This document shows, piece after piece, positions 50,327 to 61,720 of a DNA stretch of 64,000 bases (position 1 is its first letter; the number at the start of each line of letters is the position of its first letter). The translations under genes were made by a program, and so were the position numbers. The stretch lies in NCBI GenBank assembly GCA_963777955.1, contig CAVZSQ010000015.1:128001-192000 (forward strand), written 5' to 3'. Under the pieces are notes generated by a model. That model did not search any database and was not told the DNA's origin. It was given only the letters and a program-made list of their open reading frames with translations. This DNA is from Calditrichia bacterium. GTDB lineage: Bacteria; Calditrichota; Calditrichia; JAJRVZ01.

Positions 50327-51241
50327 TCAGTCCAGCCCATGGCCGTGATACCAGTCTTGTAGATTTTTTATGATTTCAATACTCAGGTATTTATTTTTGG
50401 GGTGCACATGTCCGCTCGGGAGCCAGATTACAGTTTTAGTAAAGGGAATGGCTTCATGTAAAGCCTGAGCCGATTCTCTTGGTATCTTGGCGTCAAACTC
50501 ACCATTGATACAGATAACCGCTAATGGTTTCAGCCGGGCAGCCTGCTCTGCCGGTTCGAAATCGGATAGAAAGAACCAGAAAACCTCGATCATCAGCGCG
50601 TTAAGATATGAATTATAAAGTTTGAAATTAACCTGCAATAAATGTTTTAGCCCGGCACCTCCATAAACTAAGGCCAGTCCTTTAATATTTTGATCCAGGG
50701 CTGCTGTGGCACAGGCCAGGGGAACTCCGAAACTGTACCCGATCATACTTATTCTGGACGTATCCACCCGGTTCCATTTCCGCAGATAATCGAGCAGAAC
50801 AAGATTATCCCGTATCTGTAAATGCAGGGCCTGATGAGCCAAAGGAATATCACTGAGAATGTCTGGAAAACTATAATGTGTTCTTACTTCGTAGGGATAA
50901 TCCGGTGCGACTAACAAAACACTGTCCACATTATAGGCGTATTCAACCGCCTTTTTACCGGTCATCATGCCGCCCAGAAGCAGAATCGCCGGAAGTTTGC
51001 CGGGAATCCGGGGATCTTTCAGTTGCACCTGTAGATTAAAATTACGGTCATCGAACAGGCGCAGAGAGTACATTACTGCTTCTGGTTTGTCTTCGATTAT
51101 CTGAAGATCGCTGCTGTAATGGCTGGGTACCAGACTGGTAATATATGCCGAAAATTTCAGATCACCCTGTTTAAAGAAACAAATAAAGCAACTGCAAAAC
51201 CAGATCAGCACCCCTAGCAATAACTGCAAGGTTTTGATCAT
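50327..51241 (-). CDS. Membrane-anchored alpha/beta hydrolase
   Basis: VDTSRISMIGYSFG nucleophile elbow, GEFDAKIP, SGH. Confidence 0.8.
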   Translation of the reverse strand: MIKTLQLLLGVLIWFCSCFICFFKQGDLKFSAYITSLVPSHYSSDLQIIEDKPEAVMYSLRLFDDRNFNLQVQLKDPRIPGKLPAILLLGGMMTGKKAVEYAYNVDSVLLVAPDYPYEVRTHYSFPDILSDIPLAHQALHLQIRDNLVLLDYLRKWNRVDTSRISMIGYSFGVPLACATAALDQNIKGLALVYGGAGLKHLLQVNFKLYNSYLNALMIEVFWFFLSDFEPAEQAARLKPLAVICINGEFDAKIPRESAQALHEAIPFTKTVIWLPSGHVHPKNKYLSIEIIKNLQDWYHGHGLD

Positions 51242-51252
51242 GCTATTTATGA

Positions 51253-51861
51253 TTAATTATTCCGACTTACTCCGGCAGGCAGGTTCTGTCTTTTAAGCAA
51301 GGTCTTGATAAAGTAATTATGAATCCGCGTATCATCGGTCAGTTCAGGATGGAAAGTACAGACCAGAATGTTATCGGCAGCAGCCATCACGATATCATCA
51401 TGATGCCGGCCTAATATCTGTATATTCTTGCCGTATTGCCCTATCTTAGGCGCGCGAATAAAAACACCGGTAAAAGTTGAAGAACTGCCGTTCAGGTTAA
51501 TCTGGATCTGATCGACGAATGATTCCCGCTGCCGGCCATAAGCATTACGTTTAACTTCAAGATCAATGAGCCCTAAAGAATAATCCCCGGTACTATCAAC
51601 GGTCCTGGCCAGAACAATTAAACCTGCACAGGTGCCCATCAGCGGATGATGTGTGGCATATTGCCGGATAGTCTTATCCAGGCCGAATTCCTTAAAGAAT
51701 TTTATCAGGGTGGTAGATTCTCCCCCGGGGATAATCAGAGCATCAGTTTGCATAAGTTGCTCGCTGGTACGGACTTCCACTACTTCCTGACCGAGACTCA
51801 GCAACATTTGCCTGTGTTTTTCAAAATCACCCTGAATAGCCAGAACACCGATAGGTTTCAC
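51253..51861 (-). CDS. pdxT: PLP synthase glutaminase subunit
   Basis: GVLAIQG, PGGESTT, GTCAG, RNAYGRQ, FIRAP, FHPELT. Confidence 0.96.
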   Translation of the reverse strand: MKPIGVLAIQGDFEKHRQMLLSLGQEVVEVRTSEQLMQTDALIIPGGESTTLIKFFKEFGLDKTIRQYATHHPLMGTCAGLIVLARTVDSTGDYSLGLIDLEVKRNAYGRQRESFVDQIQINLNGSSSTFTGVFIRAPKIGQYGKNIQILGRHHDDIVMAAADNILVCTFHPELTDDTRIHNYFIKTLLKRQNLPAGVSRNN

Positions 51862-52742
51862 TACCAGCCCCGGGTCTGTAAAAGTTCTGCGGCAGGCAAC
51901 TTGGCGACATCAATGCCGCGCATGGCTTCCCCTAATCCTTCGCTGGCTTTGGCTACCAGTTCCGGATCGTTATAGTGCGTAGTGGCCAGCACGATTGCTT
52001 TGGCCCGCAAGGCCGGATCGCTTGATTTAAATATACCAGAACCGACAAAAACCGCTTCAGCGCCGAGTTGCATCATCAGCGACGCATCAGCCGGCGTGGC
52101 AATACCGCCTGCGGCGAAATTGGGTACGGGTAACTTACCATGATCATGAACGTACTTAACCAGGAGCGAGGACGCACCGAGCGCTTTAGCATGTGCCACA
52201 ATTTCTTCATCTCCCAGGGTGGTAATATGTTTGATCCCCTGCTGCACTTTGCGCATATGGCGGACGGCTTCCACAATATCCCCGGAACCTGCCTCGCCCT
52301 TGGTGCGAATCATGGCTGCACCTTCATCGATACGGCGCAAGGCTTCACCGAGATCGCGGCAGCCGCAGACGAACGGAATTTTAAAAGGGTGTTTCCAGAT
52401 GTGGTGCTCTTCATCAGCCGGTGTCAGTACCTCACTTTCGTCAATAAAATCAATAGCCAGTGCCTCCAGAACCTGAGCTTCGGCAAAATGTCCGATACGG
52501 CACTTAGCCATTACCGGGATAGAAACATTATCCTGTATCTGCTTGATAATTTTGGGATTAGACATGCGTGCCACACCCCCATCCGCGCGAATATCAGCCG
52601 GGATGCGTTCCAGAGCCATAACGGCAACTGCTCCGGCATCTTCAGCAATTTTTGCCTGTTCCGGGGTGGTCACATCCATGATTACACCACCTTTGAGCAT
52701 TTCCGCCAGCCCTACTTTTAATAAAAAATCTTTATCCAGCAT
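51861..52742 (-). CDS. pdxS: PLP synthase lyase subunit
   Basis: [40 protein letters not shown]. Confidence 0.97.
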   Translation of the reverse strand: MLDKDFLLKVGLAEMLKGGVIMDVTTPEQAKIAEDAGAVAVMALERIPADIRADGGVARMSNPKIIKQIQDNVSIPVMAKCRIGHFAEAQVLEALAIDFIDESEVLTPADEEHHIWKHPFKIPFVCGCRDLGEALRRIDEGAAMIRTKGEAGSGDIVEAVRHMRKVQQGIKHITTLGDEEIVAHAKALGASSLLVKYVHDHGKLPVPNFAAGGIATPADASLMMQLGAEAVFVGSGIFKSSDPALRAKAIVLATTHYNDPELVAKASEGLGEAMRGIDVAKLPAAELLQTRGW

Positions 52743-52772
52743 AAGAATTCTCCTAGCATTTCTAAAACCGGT

Positions 52773-52801
52773 AATTTACCATCTAAGCAATGTAAAGTCA
52801 A
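52773..52801 (-). promoter_or_regulatory. Putative sigma70 promoter of pdxST
   Basis: TTGACT-17 nt-TAAATT on minus strand. Confidence 0.55.
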
Positions 52802-52906
52802 TTCAAGGCACGGACATTTAAGTTCGTAAAACGGAGTAAAAAACCGGATTCTGATACTCAGAATAAAACAGTACTTAATATACCGACAGGTTACTGTGCA
52901 GTGTTA

Positions 52907-53923
52907 CTACACAGTAACCTCTGAACGGATACGCTCATGAATAGTATCAAGTATTCGGGGAATATCCTTGATAAATCCGTGAATGAACAGACTACCCATA
53001 CCCCGGTAAGCCAGGGGCCCGGCGAAAAACAGATTCTTTATTCCGCGCGCTTCTCCGCTGGCGGAAACAGACGGGAATTGAGTCTGACGATCCAGTTTTA
53101 ATGGCAAGGCTGATAGCAGGTCTAACACAGGCTGGTACCCGGTGGCACAAATAATCCGGTTAAAATGTATAATGCTGCGGTCAAGGTGAAGCGAGGTTCC
53201 TTTAACTCTGCGAATATCCGCCTGCTGTACATGCCGGATTAATTTCATCGCGATCAGTTCCAGTAAATAACTTTCCGAAATACCGCGGATATCGCACAGA
53301 TTTCTGGTGTCACTGAAGAATTTCAGGCGGTCACGGGTTATCAGGAAGACCTGGGCTGAACCGGCCAGTTCAATGGCAATCTCCGCTCCGCTGTTTCCGC
53401 CGCCGATAATAATTACTCTCTGACCTTTAAATGAGTCAGGAGTTTTATAAAAATGCGAATGCAGTACCTGAGCATGACCACGCAGGCCGGGAATATCAGG
53501 GATATAGGGATTACCAAACATACCGGTACATACCAGAATAATTTGAGCTCTGATTTCGGCCCGGTTGGAAGCCAGTTTAAAATAGTTTTCTGTTTTTTCT
53601 ATTTTATAAATCGCGGTATCGGTGGCCAGATGCAGTTTAAAGTGTTCTGCATAGGATTCCAGGTAGTTAACAAATTCCTGCGCGCTGCAGTAAGGTCGTT
53701 TTACCCCCAGTTTCCAGATTGGAAAAGCGGGAGATATACTGGTCCAGTCACGCTGGGGATGACCGGGCGACAGCATAGGCATAGTGGCTCGTATTTCCCG
53801 CCAGGCCTGGCCCACTTTGCCCCGCTCCAGGATCAGATAATCCAGACCCAGCCGCTGTGCTTCTGCACCGGCCCGCAGTCCTGCCGGACCGGCACCGATT
53901 ATAATCAATTCTTTTTGTTCCAT
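52907..53923 (-). CDS. NAD(P)/FAD-dependent oxidoreductase (CzcO/YpdA-like flavoprotein)
   Basis: GAGPAG, LHSHFY, GGGNSG, CATGY. Confidence 0.85.
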   Translation of the reverse strand: MEQKELIIIGAGPAGLRAGAEAQRLGLDYLILERGKVGQAWREIRATMPMLSPGHPQRDWTSISPAFPIWKLGVKRPYCSAQEFVNYLESYAEHFKLHLATDTAIYKIEKTENYFKLASNRAEIRAQIILVCTGMFGNPYIPDIPGLRGHAQVLHSHFYKTPDSFKGQRVIIIGGGNSGAEIAIELAGSAQVFLITRDRLKFFSDTRNLCDIRGISESYLLELIAMKLIRHVQQADIRRVKGTSLHLDRSIIHFNRIICATGYQPVLDLLSALPLKLDRQTQFPSVSASGEARGIKNLFFAGPLAYRGMGSLFIHGFIKDIPRILDTIHERIRSEVTV

Positions 53924-53937
53924 TGCTGATTGTCCGT

Positions 53938-54531
53938 TTATTTTTTATCCTGCTCTGCCCCGGCACTCTGATTCAATAACCCGATTATTTCTTCCCGGCC
54001 GGTTTTATCTTTTGTCGAGAAAGGTATGATGATTGTTTGCGGGAATAAAACATTAATCCTTTGCCAGGCCCGCTTAAATTCATTGTACGACAGTTTATCA
54101 CATTTGGTCAGGATAATAACAAATGGGATGCGGTTGTGCTGCAGCCAGTCGATACTATACCGATCCGAATCTAATTCCGGATGGCGGCTGTCGATCAGGG
54201 CTAAAACCAGTCTGATTTGCCGGTTTTTCAGCAGAAAGTCGCCCAGCAGGTCATCCCAGTTCCGGGCGGAATCATCTTTTTTTTTGATAAAACCGTAACC
54301 CGGTAAATCGACCAGGTAGAGTTTATGATCAATATCAAAATAATTGATCAGCCTGGTTTTACCGGGTGTCGAACTGGTTTTCGCCAGGTTTTTTCGCTGG
54401 AGTACTGTGTTAATTAACGAAGATTTGCCTACATTTGACCGGCCGATAATCACTACTTCCGGATGCATGGATCCTGGTTTATCCCGCCGGCTGAGAACAC
54501 CCTTTACGTATGAGCTGTTATGAAGATTCAT
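53938..54531 (-). CDS. engB: Ribosome biogenesis GTPase EngB/YihA
   Basis: GRSNVGKSS, STPGKT, DLPGYG, TKCDK. Confidence 0.95.
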   Translation of the reverse strand: MNLHNSSYVKGVLSRRDKPGSMHPEVVIIGRSNVGKSSLINTVLQRKNLAKTSSTPGKTRLINYFDIDHKLYLVDLPGYGFIKKKDDSARNWDDLLGDFLLKNRQIRLVLALIDSRHPELDSDRYSIDWLQHNRIPFVIILTKCDKLSYNEFKRAWQRINVLFPQTIIIPFSTKDKTGREEIIGLLNQSAGAEQDKK

Positions 54532-54554
54532 TTTAAAGGGGCAAGGTTGTGTTT

Positions 54555-54878
54555 TTATAGATGTTTTGACAATTTCGATTCTAATAAGGATTTCGGTACA
54601 GCGCCAAGAAACTTATCGACAATCTGTCCGTTTTTAAATACCAGTAAGGTGGGGATGGAACGAATCCCATATTTTGTGGCCGTTTGCGGATTATGATCTA
54701 CATCCAGTTTCACCACTTTTAATTTATCTTTTTTTTCAGTGGCCAGATCTTCAATTATCGGGGCAATCATCCGGCAGGGTACGCACCATATGGCCCAGAA
54801 ATCCACCAGTACCGGAAGTTCCGCTTTTAACACTTCGGCATCGAAGTTAGCATCAGTCACGTCCACATAATTTCCCAT
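54555..54878 (-). CDS. trxA: Thioredoxin
   Basis: VLVDFWA-WCVPC, IRSIPTL. Confidence 0.95.
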   Translation of the reverse strand: MGNYVDVTDANFDAEVLKAELPVLVDFWAIWCVPCRMIAPIIEDLATEKKDKLKVVKLDVDHNPQTATKYGIRSIPTLLVFKNGQIVDKFLGAVPKSLLESKLSKHL

Positions 54879-55027
54879 TTTTCCTCCACACTTGTGTACA
54901 ATCCATTCGGTCTTATATTTTCATGTTTCAAATTTTAAATATTAAATTTAAACAGCTTTTGGATATTCTTCAAATCTAAATGAAAACAAATGTCCAGGTA
55001 CCAGGCTTGATATAAAATAACAGATAA

Positions 55028-55492
55028 TCAGTTTCTACCCAGGCTGATGATTCTTATGACAGCCCGGGTCGTACCCGTTGCAATCAGATCAATTTCTTTA
55101 GCTGCCTGATAAGATAAGTCCAGGATACGGTCCGCCTTAAACGGACCACGATCGTTGATCCGCACTATTACCGATTTACCATTACTGCTATTGGTTACCT
55201 GCAATACTGAATTGAAAGGCAGATACAAATGAGCAGCAGTTTTGTCGTACATATTAAAGATTTCACCATTGGCAGTTTTGCGTCCATGGAACTCATGAGC
55301 ATAATAGGAAATGATACCGGTCAGGGTCTGCCCTTGCCGGTATATTTTCTCCACGCCGTTTTTTGTTTCAGGTCCGGGTGCCGCGGAATATCTCACGCTT
55401 GGACTGCAGCCGGCCAGGATTAAAATAAATAAATTCAATATAAGAAAACCTGGAAAGCGTGAATGGCCTCGGGATCTGGTTGGTACAGGCAT
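55028..55492 (-). CDS. rlpA: RlpA-family lytic transglycosylase lipoprotein (no SPOR domain)
   Basis: Lipobox LAGC; SYY-FHGRKTANGE, TAAH, VRINDRGPF, RILDLS. Confidence 0.92.
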   Translation of the reverse strand: MPVPTRSRGHSRFPGFLILNLFILILAGCSPSVRYSAAPGPETKNGVEKIYRQGQTLTGIISYYAHEFHGRKTANGEIFNMYDKTAAHLYLPFNSVLQVTNSSNGKSVIVRINDRGPFKADRILDLSYQAAKEIDLIATGTTRAVIRIISLGRN

Positions 55493-55502
55493 AGTCAACG
55501 CG

Positions 55503-57444
55503 CTAGTCGTCAGGTCTGGATTCAGGCGGAATGAACCGGGTTGAATCGTCTGTTGGTACCGTTATTTTCTCCGGTTCCTGGATCGAGGTAGTGTCAGCAG
55601 CAGGGATTTCTTTATCTATTTCCTCTGTTTCGACAGGTATTTTAATTTTATTTTTAGCAATCTGAGCTGTCTTGGACTCAGGATATTCCTGGGCCAGTTT
55701 GGTATAGGCTTCAACAGCCTTAGCTGAAATTTCCTAATTTCCGTTCATAGATCCAGGCCACCGCATATCGTGATTTTTCCGCCCAGAGTGTGCCGGAATC
55801 CTGTATGGCAATCTGATTAAACAGTTCAATGGCATCATCATATCTGTCGGTAAACAGAAAAGATTCGGCGCGCAAATATTCAGTTTTTATCGAATCGGTT
55901 ACCATGACTTTTTCCGGTTTCATAGTTTCCGCTTTTACCCGTATATAATCAGCATATACGGATGAAGGAAACTGAGTCAGAATGATATTTCTATATTGTT
56001 CGGCATTATTAGAGTCAGCCTGAGCGTAGGTAGCAATATAATATAAAGCATAGTATGCTTTGGCGATAAGGGACGAATCAGCGGAGTGAGCAATGAAATT
56101 ATCGTAAGCCACCCGGGCACTGTCATAATATTGAATGTTCAGTAAAAAGAACTCGGCCAGCGCGAAGCGGTTCTTATCCAGTGAAATTTTTAGCTGAGCA
56201 AGCGATCGATTGGGTTGCGGCGCTTCGCTTGCTTTATCATCCTGCTTCGCTTTAAGTGCTGGTTTCGCCGCCAGGGTATCCGGTCTGGCGACGGACGAGT
56301 CTATGGCAGTATTAATCAATAACGAATCTGCTGAATTTACTGAAGCCAGTTCAGCTAGATCTTTGTTAATACTATCCTTGATTTTTAAATATGTTTGCAA
56401 TAACTGGGCTTGTTTAACTGCCTCATCCTTATATTTTGAGTTTCTGTCTTCCCTTTCGACCCGCAGGTATAATTTTTGCGCCGAATCGGGATCTGCAAAA
56501 TATGTTTCCTGTAATTGGGCCAGCCGGTAAGCAGCCATCCCTGAGCCCTCGCTGCGGGGATATTTTTCCAGGATAAAGTTGAATTTCTCAACTGCCAGGT
56601 CATATTTGTTTTGCAGTGTGAAACATTCGCCTAATCTGGCTTCAAAGTAAGCATAGTAGTCGACGAAACGGCTCTGGGTCAACAAGCCGCTTAGGGTTTC
56701 ACCAGCCTGTGCATAATCTTCCATCAGGATTAAAGTAGATACTTTTTTGGACTGAGCATCGAAATCAATTTTAAGCGGAGCAGAATACTTGCTGACCAGA
56801 TCATAATTATCAATTGCTTTAGCGTAATCTGCTCCGGTGAAGTAAATATCCCCGATTAATAATTGAGCAGACGAAGAAAGATTATCGTCGTCGGACCTGG
56901 CAATGCAGTTGCGGAGATTGTTCAGAGTCGGTTCATAATTTTTCTGCTGTAAAAAGATTTCGGCCAGGTAATAATAAGCCTGGGCGGTTATATCTTTCTG
57001 GTGGGATTCGGCAATGATCGAATTCAGATATTCACTGGCCTGGTCGGATTTGCCCAGTTTGATCATCGATTTGGCCAGCCATAGAGTCGCCTCGGGTATG
57101 AGTTTGCTTTTTGGATAGCGGCTGAGGAATTGCGTCAGGTATCGTTCCGAATTGGTATATTCCGCTATCTGGTAATGACTCTTGGCAATCAGCAGGAAGG
57201 CATCGTCGGCGTATTTACTGCTGTCACTATAGAGGTTGATTAATTTCCAGCATTTATCGATGGCTGAATTAAAATCTTTACGCACGTCTGCAGGAACCTC
57301 GGTTTCTTTACTTGCGCTTAACTTTTTATTGGCGGCATCATATACTTCAAGAGCATTAAAGAGTGTATTATAATAGGCACAGCCGGTAATAAGCAGCAGG
57401 TATAAAGTAAAAACCAGTCTGTTTATTTTAATGGTTCGCAACAT
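55503..57444 (-). CDS. TPR-repeat lipoprotein, frameshift near 55730
   Basis: Lipobox ITGC-AYYNTLFNA, many TPRs (SKYADDA, YPKS, YPRS); continues AKAVEAYTKLAQEYPES...RPDD* after shift. Confidence 0.8.
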
Positions 57445-57541
57445 AATCCTGATTGAATTTTATAACTTTATACTGGGCAAGGCTGGATTGGTTTCCGCTA
57501 AAAATCATTTTAGCCTGCGGGATTTCTATGCTTAGCCCTGT

Positions 57542-58279
57542 TCACTTGATATGTATTTTTTCGATGACCATTGCCATTTGCGGCAGAATTTTTCCCGAGG
57601 GTCCACGCAAAGTTTCGTTGCTATGTACCGAAAGTGGTGTCTCTTCTTCATTAATCTCCACCAGATAAGCGCCGTTGGCTTTGGATAACAGGGGTAAGGA
57701 AGCAGCCGGTTCGACGACACCTGAGGTGCCGATGGAAAGAAATACTTCGCATTCTGCCGAGGCGTGCTGGGCTTTGCGCAATAACGTTTCATTCAGATTT
57801 TCACCGAATAGAACCACATCGGGTCTCAGCAAGGCATCGCATTTAGTGCAGGTGGGAATTGCTCCAACGGCAACTGCTGACGGGTACAGAGTATTGCACC
57901 TGCTGCAGCGGTTACGCAGAATGTTTCCATGCAGTTCAATTAATTTTTTACTGCCGGCGATTATATGCAGGTTATCAACATTCTGGGTAATGAGTGTAAA
58001 ATCCTTGAAATATCTTTCAAAATCAACCAGGGCATAATGGCCAAGGTTTGGCTTTATATTTTCCAGTGCTTTCCGTCGCCAGGAATAAAATTGCCAGAAT
58101 AACATGGGATTTTTTTGGAAAGCCTGGATAGTGGCCAATTCTTCCATTTTATGATTCTGCCATAATCCATCTTTACCGCGAAAAGTGGGCACACCGCTCT
58201 CTGCTGAAATACCGGCGCCGGTCAGAACCGTTACATTGGTTGCATCACGAAGTCTGGCTAATAATTTGTTACTGAACAT
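57542..58279 (-). CDS. cobB: NAD-dependent protein deacylase (sirtuin, class III YxxR type)
   Basis: GAGISAESGVPTFRG, FYSWRR, TQNVD, HG, CxxC pairs, RPDVVLFGE, GTS. Confidence 0.95.
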   Translation of the reverse strand: MFSNKLLARLRDATNVTVLTGAGISAESGVPTFRGKDGLWQNHKMEELATIQAFQKNPMLFWQFYSWRRKALENIKPNLGHYALVDFERYFKDFTLITQNVDNLHIIAGSKKLIELHGNILRNRCSRCNTLYPSAVAVGAIPTCTKCDALLRPDVVLFGENLNETLLRKAQHASAECEVFLSIGTSGVVEPAASLPLLSKANGAYLVEINEEETPLSVHSNETLRGPSGKILPQMAMVIEKIHIK

Positions 58280-58325
58280 ATTTTATGGCTTTATCTTAAG
58301 GTTTGTTACCATGATTAATAAATGT

Positions 58326-59445
58326 TCAATTCATATTTTTCAATAATGAGCCGGAATTTTCTAAATCGAAAAAATGAAGATGCTCAAGTGATAAGTATAA
58401 TGATAAATTTTGATTGACAGCCGCCTGAACAGTTGCCGGTGCACGTACGGTGAACATTTGTTCATTCTTTGAAAAGTAGAGAAAAATTTCGTTGCCCATT
58501 GGTTCGACCACTTCCACCCTGGCCTGCAGGTGCACCTGAGGGGTGCACCTCAGGACGATCCGCTGCGGGAACCAGGCTGAAATGTTCCGGCCGGACTCCC
58601 AGGACAACTTTTTGTCCGGAACTGAATGCATATCTGGCCGCGATCGGCTCAGGTATTACAAATTGCATAATATCGGCTTTAAATTCCAATTGATTATTAC
58701 GTTGCAGCTGGCCTTCAAAAAAATTCATTGCCGGACTGCCGATAAAACCGGCTACAAATCTGTTTTTTGGTTTTTCATAAAGAGTCATCGGTTGATCCAC
58801 CTGCTGCACGATGCCGTCTTTCATCACAGCGATACGATTACCCATGGTCATCGCCTCGACCTGGTCATGGGTGACATAAATCATGGTAGTAGCCAGACGC
58901 TGGTGCAATTTGCTGATCTCAATCCGCATCTGCACCCTTAATTTGGCATCGAGGTTGGACAGGGGCTCATCAAATAAAAAAACCTTGGGTTTGCGGACAA
59001 TAGCCCGGCCAAGCGCTACTCTTTGCCGTTGTCCGCCGGACAATGCTTTGGGCCGGCGCTCCAGCAGATCACTCAAACCCAGGATTTCGCTGGCATCATG
59101 TACACGTTTTTTTATCTCTTCCCGGGGATATTTGCGCAGTTTCAGACCAAAAGCCATATTTTCGTAAACCGTCATGTGTGGATACAAAGCATAGTTCTGA
59201 AAAACCATGGCTATATCGCGGTCTTTGGGAGGTAATGTATTCACGCATTGCTGGCCGATATATATTTCGCCACGGGTTACCTCCTCTAATCCGGCAATCA
59301 TCCGCAGGGTGGTAGATTTACCGCAACCGGATGGACCGACCAGCACCATAAATTCAGTATCCCGTATATGCAGTGACAGGTTTTTTACAACCTCGGTTTT
59401 TTCATCATAGATCTTAAATATATTTTTTAAAACCACTTCGGCCAT
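58326..59445 (-). CDS. Sugar ABC transporter ATPase (MalK/UgpC/MsmX), frameshifted by a 13-bp duplication near 58530-58555
   Basis: [50 protein letters not shown] tail VEVVEPMG in another frame. Confidence 0.92.
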
Positions 59446-59522
59446 GACTTTTTATCCTGTTGAAAAAGAAAGATTCTTCCTCGTCCGAATGACATTTTTA
59501 AGTGAAACTTAAAATAGACTGG

Positions 59523-60194
59523 TTATTGTAACACCAGTAATTGTGTTTCGGCATCTTTTGTTCTCTGCCCCGACTTGGATTCATCCACCAGTTTTTTAAA
59601 TTGTTCTTTAGCCTGTTCAATATCGCCAGCTTTCTTATAACAGATACCGGACAGATAAGCATAATTATCCGCTTCAATAAAGTCTCCGGCAATTTTTGAC
59701 GCTTTTTCGTACAGATTTGCTGCTGTGGCGAAGTTATGTTCGGTTTCATAACAAGCAGCCAGGCCGGCATAACCGGAAGCCAGTAAAATGTCACTGCCGG
59801 AGTATGAGTCGATAAATTGCTCAAAATAATCCTTGGCTTTAGTATAATCCCGGTATTGATAGTATATGTTAGCTAACAGAAACAAACCCTGTTGGCCTTC
59901 GGCCGTACCATTAAAATTCTGGATGAGATTTTGTAAACGGCTGGTGGCATTTTCATAATTGCCGTTGGTGTATTCGATTTGGGCTATGCCGAGCAGAGCG
60001 CTGGCTTCCTGACTGGTTTTTTGGCTGGAATGGCGATACCACATTATGAGTAGAATTATGACAAATAAACCAGCGACGACAAAAAATACCTGCTGGTTAT
60101 TCTCTTCTAAATAGTTCTTGACCTGCAGAGTAGTTTTGACCAGTTTATCTTCTTTCAGTTCCTGTCTGGTTATTTTGCGTTTCGGTTTGAGCAT
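59523..60194 (-). CDS. YfgM-like membrane-anchored TPR protein
   Basis: KITRQELKED, single TM helix, TPR repeats. Confidence 0.8.
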   Translation of the reverse strand: MLKPKRKITRQELKEDKLVKTTLQVKNYLEENNQQVFFVVAGLFVIILLIMWYRHSSQKTSQEASALLGIAQIEYTNGNYENATSRLQNLIQNFNGTAEGQQGLFLLANIYYQYRDYTKAKDYFEQFIDSYSGSDILLASGYAGLAACYETEHNFATAANLYEKASKIAGDFIEADNYAYLSGICYKKAGDIEQAKEQFKKLVDESKSGQRTKDAETQLLVLQ

Positions 60195-60305
60195 AAGTTA
60201 ACTCCGTTCAAATGTAATTCATCTGATTGATTGTATATTTTATCTGTGATCCTTTCTCAGTAAAATACCTTAACTAATTTATTAAAAATATTGAGTATAT
60301 ACAAA

Positions 60306-60382
60306 TGGTACCCCAGAGAGGATTTGAACCTCCGACCTTTGGTTTAGGAAACCACTGCTCTATCCTGCTGAGCTACTGGGGC
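60306..60382 (-). tRNA. tRNA-Arg(CCT)
   Basis: GCCCCAG...TTCCTAA loop...GGTTCAAATCC...CTGGGGTACCA; CCA encoded. Confidence 0.95.
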
Positions 60383-60450
60383 AAAAAACAAGGATTTAAT
60401 GTATTGATTCAGAACTAACAAGGCAAGGAATTGAATTAATAAATTTTTGT

Positions 60451-60481
60451 AAAAAAAAGGGGATGTCATTGACATCCCCTT
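60451..60481 (-). terminator. Rho-independent terminator after the outer-membrane protein gene
   Basis: AAGGGGATGTC / GACATCCCCTT inverted repeat with T-tract on minus strand. Confidence 0.85.
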
Positions 60482-60501
60482 CATTAAATTTAAAAAAACT
60501 A

Positions 60502-61686
60502 TTACTGACCCAGATGAATTACTGCACCCACGGTAACACGAAAATCATTGTAGGTGTAATTTACCGGATCGCCGTCTACTTCATCGCCTTCAAAGGTTTT
60601 GAATAACCCATTCGAAAGCTCCGTCAAGAATAATTCTGTCCATGATCAATCCGACACCAGCACTCAGACCAGTGAATGTAACCTGGTCATCATTGATGTC
60701 AAAATTTGTGGTGGGATTTGTAAAGAATCCCAAACGCACCGGCATCATATTATCACCGGCAGCCATCAGATATTCCAGACCTACATGGAAAGAATTACCG
60801 GTAATGTCGACATCTTCGAATATTTCAAAGGATTCGCCGTCAAATTCCAGTTCAACTTTATCTATCGGCCGTAAACGGTAATCGGCAGCCAGGGTCAGAT
60901 TGTCACTGGCGCGAAAAGCCAGACCGAAGTCCATGAACATCGGGAATTTGATACCCATTTCTTCACCTTCGGACTCAATGGTCAGGGTGTAGGGCAGTTT
61001 AAAGGCAGCGCCGATTGAGAATTGCGGTGATGGTTTTACCAGTGCTCCAAGTTCAATGGAGGTGCCGGAATAATCTTCGGATGAAGTATATTCCTCATCG
61101 GTATAAACAACTCCGCCGACTTCATAATAATCTGTCTCTTTATAATCTGTACTGCCCATGAGTATATTCAGGGTGGCACCCAGGGAGATCATTTCATTCA
61201 GTTGAAATCCAACCGCCGGTGAGATTGCATCCACACCGCCTTTGTTATCGGTCTCATATTCGGAAACAATAATCCTGCTCATCGATGGTCATGGTCATTT
61301 TTTCGGTTAGATTATAAATCCGGCGGTAGGCTATTCCACCAACCAGATTAAAATCGCTCAACTTGAACGGTATTACGAAACTGGCAAAATTAAGATTAAA
61401 ACTGGAACCGACTTCGGTTTCAGGATTAAATTCACTGTAATCAGTGGAGAGTGAACCGAATCCTAATTTACCGATCACGCTGGCTTCCATACTCATCAGC
61501 TGAGTTAAACCGGCCGGGTTCCAGGATATGGCGGTCGCATCATCCGCTAATCCGGTAAAGGCATAACCCATACCTGCAGCCCGTGCACCGTTACCATAGG
61601 GATTAAAATTGAAACCTGCCCTGAGCAAATGCTAACTGTGCCAGACAAATCATGAATACAACAACAAATAGTCCACTACGCTTCAT
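60502..61686 (-). CDS. Outer-membrane beta-barrel (FadL/PorV-like), three apparent +1 frameshifts (near 61620, 61270, 60598)
   Basis: GGAGG RBS, signal MKRSGLF...AFAQ, GARAAGMG-AFTGLADDATAISWNPAGL, alternating beta strands, C-terminal RVTVGAVIHLGQ. Confidence 0.8.
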
Positions 61687-61720
61687 AGTACCCTCCTAGG
61701 TTTGTTAAGGTTTAATAAGA

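Noticed and set aside
60195..60450. Element integrated at tRNA-Arg(CCT)
   Set aside because: No integrase or repeated tRNA 3' end seen
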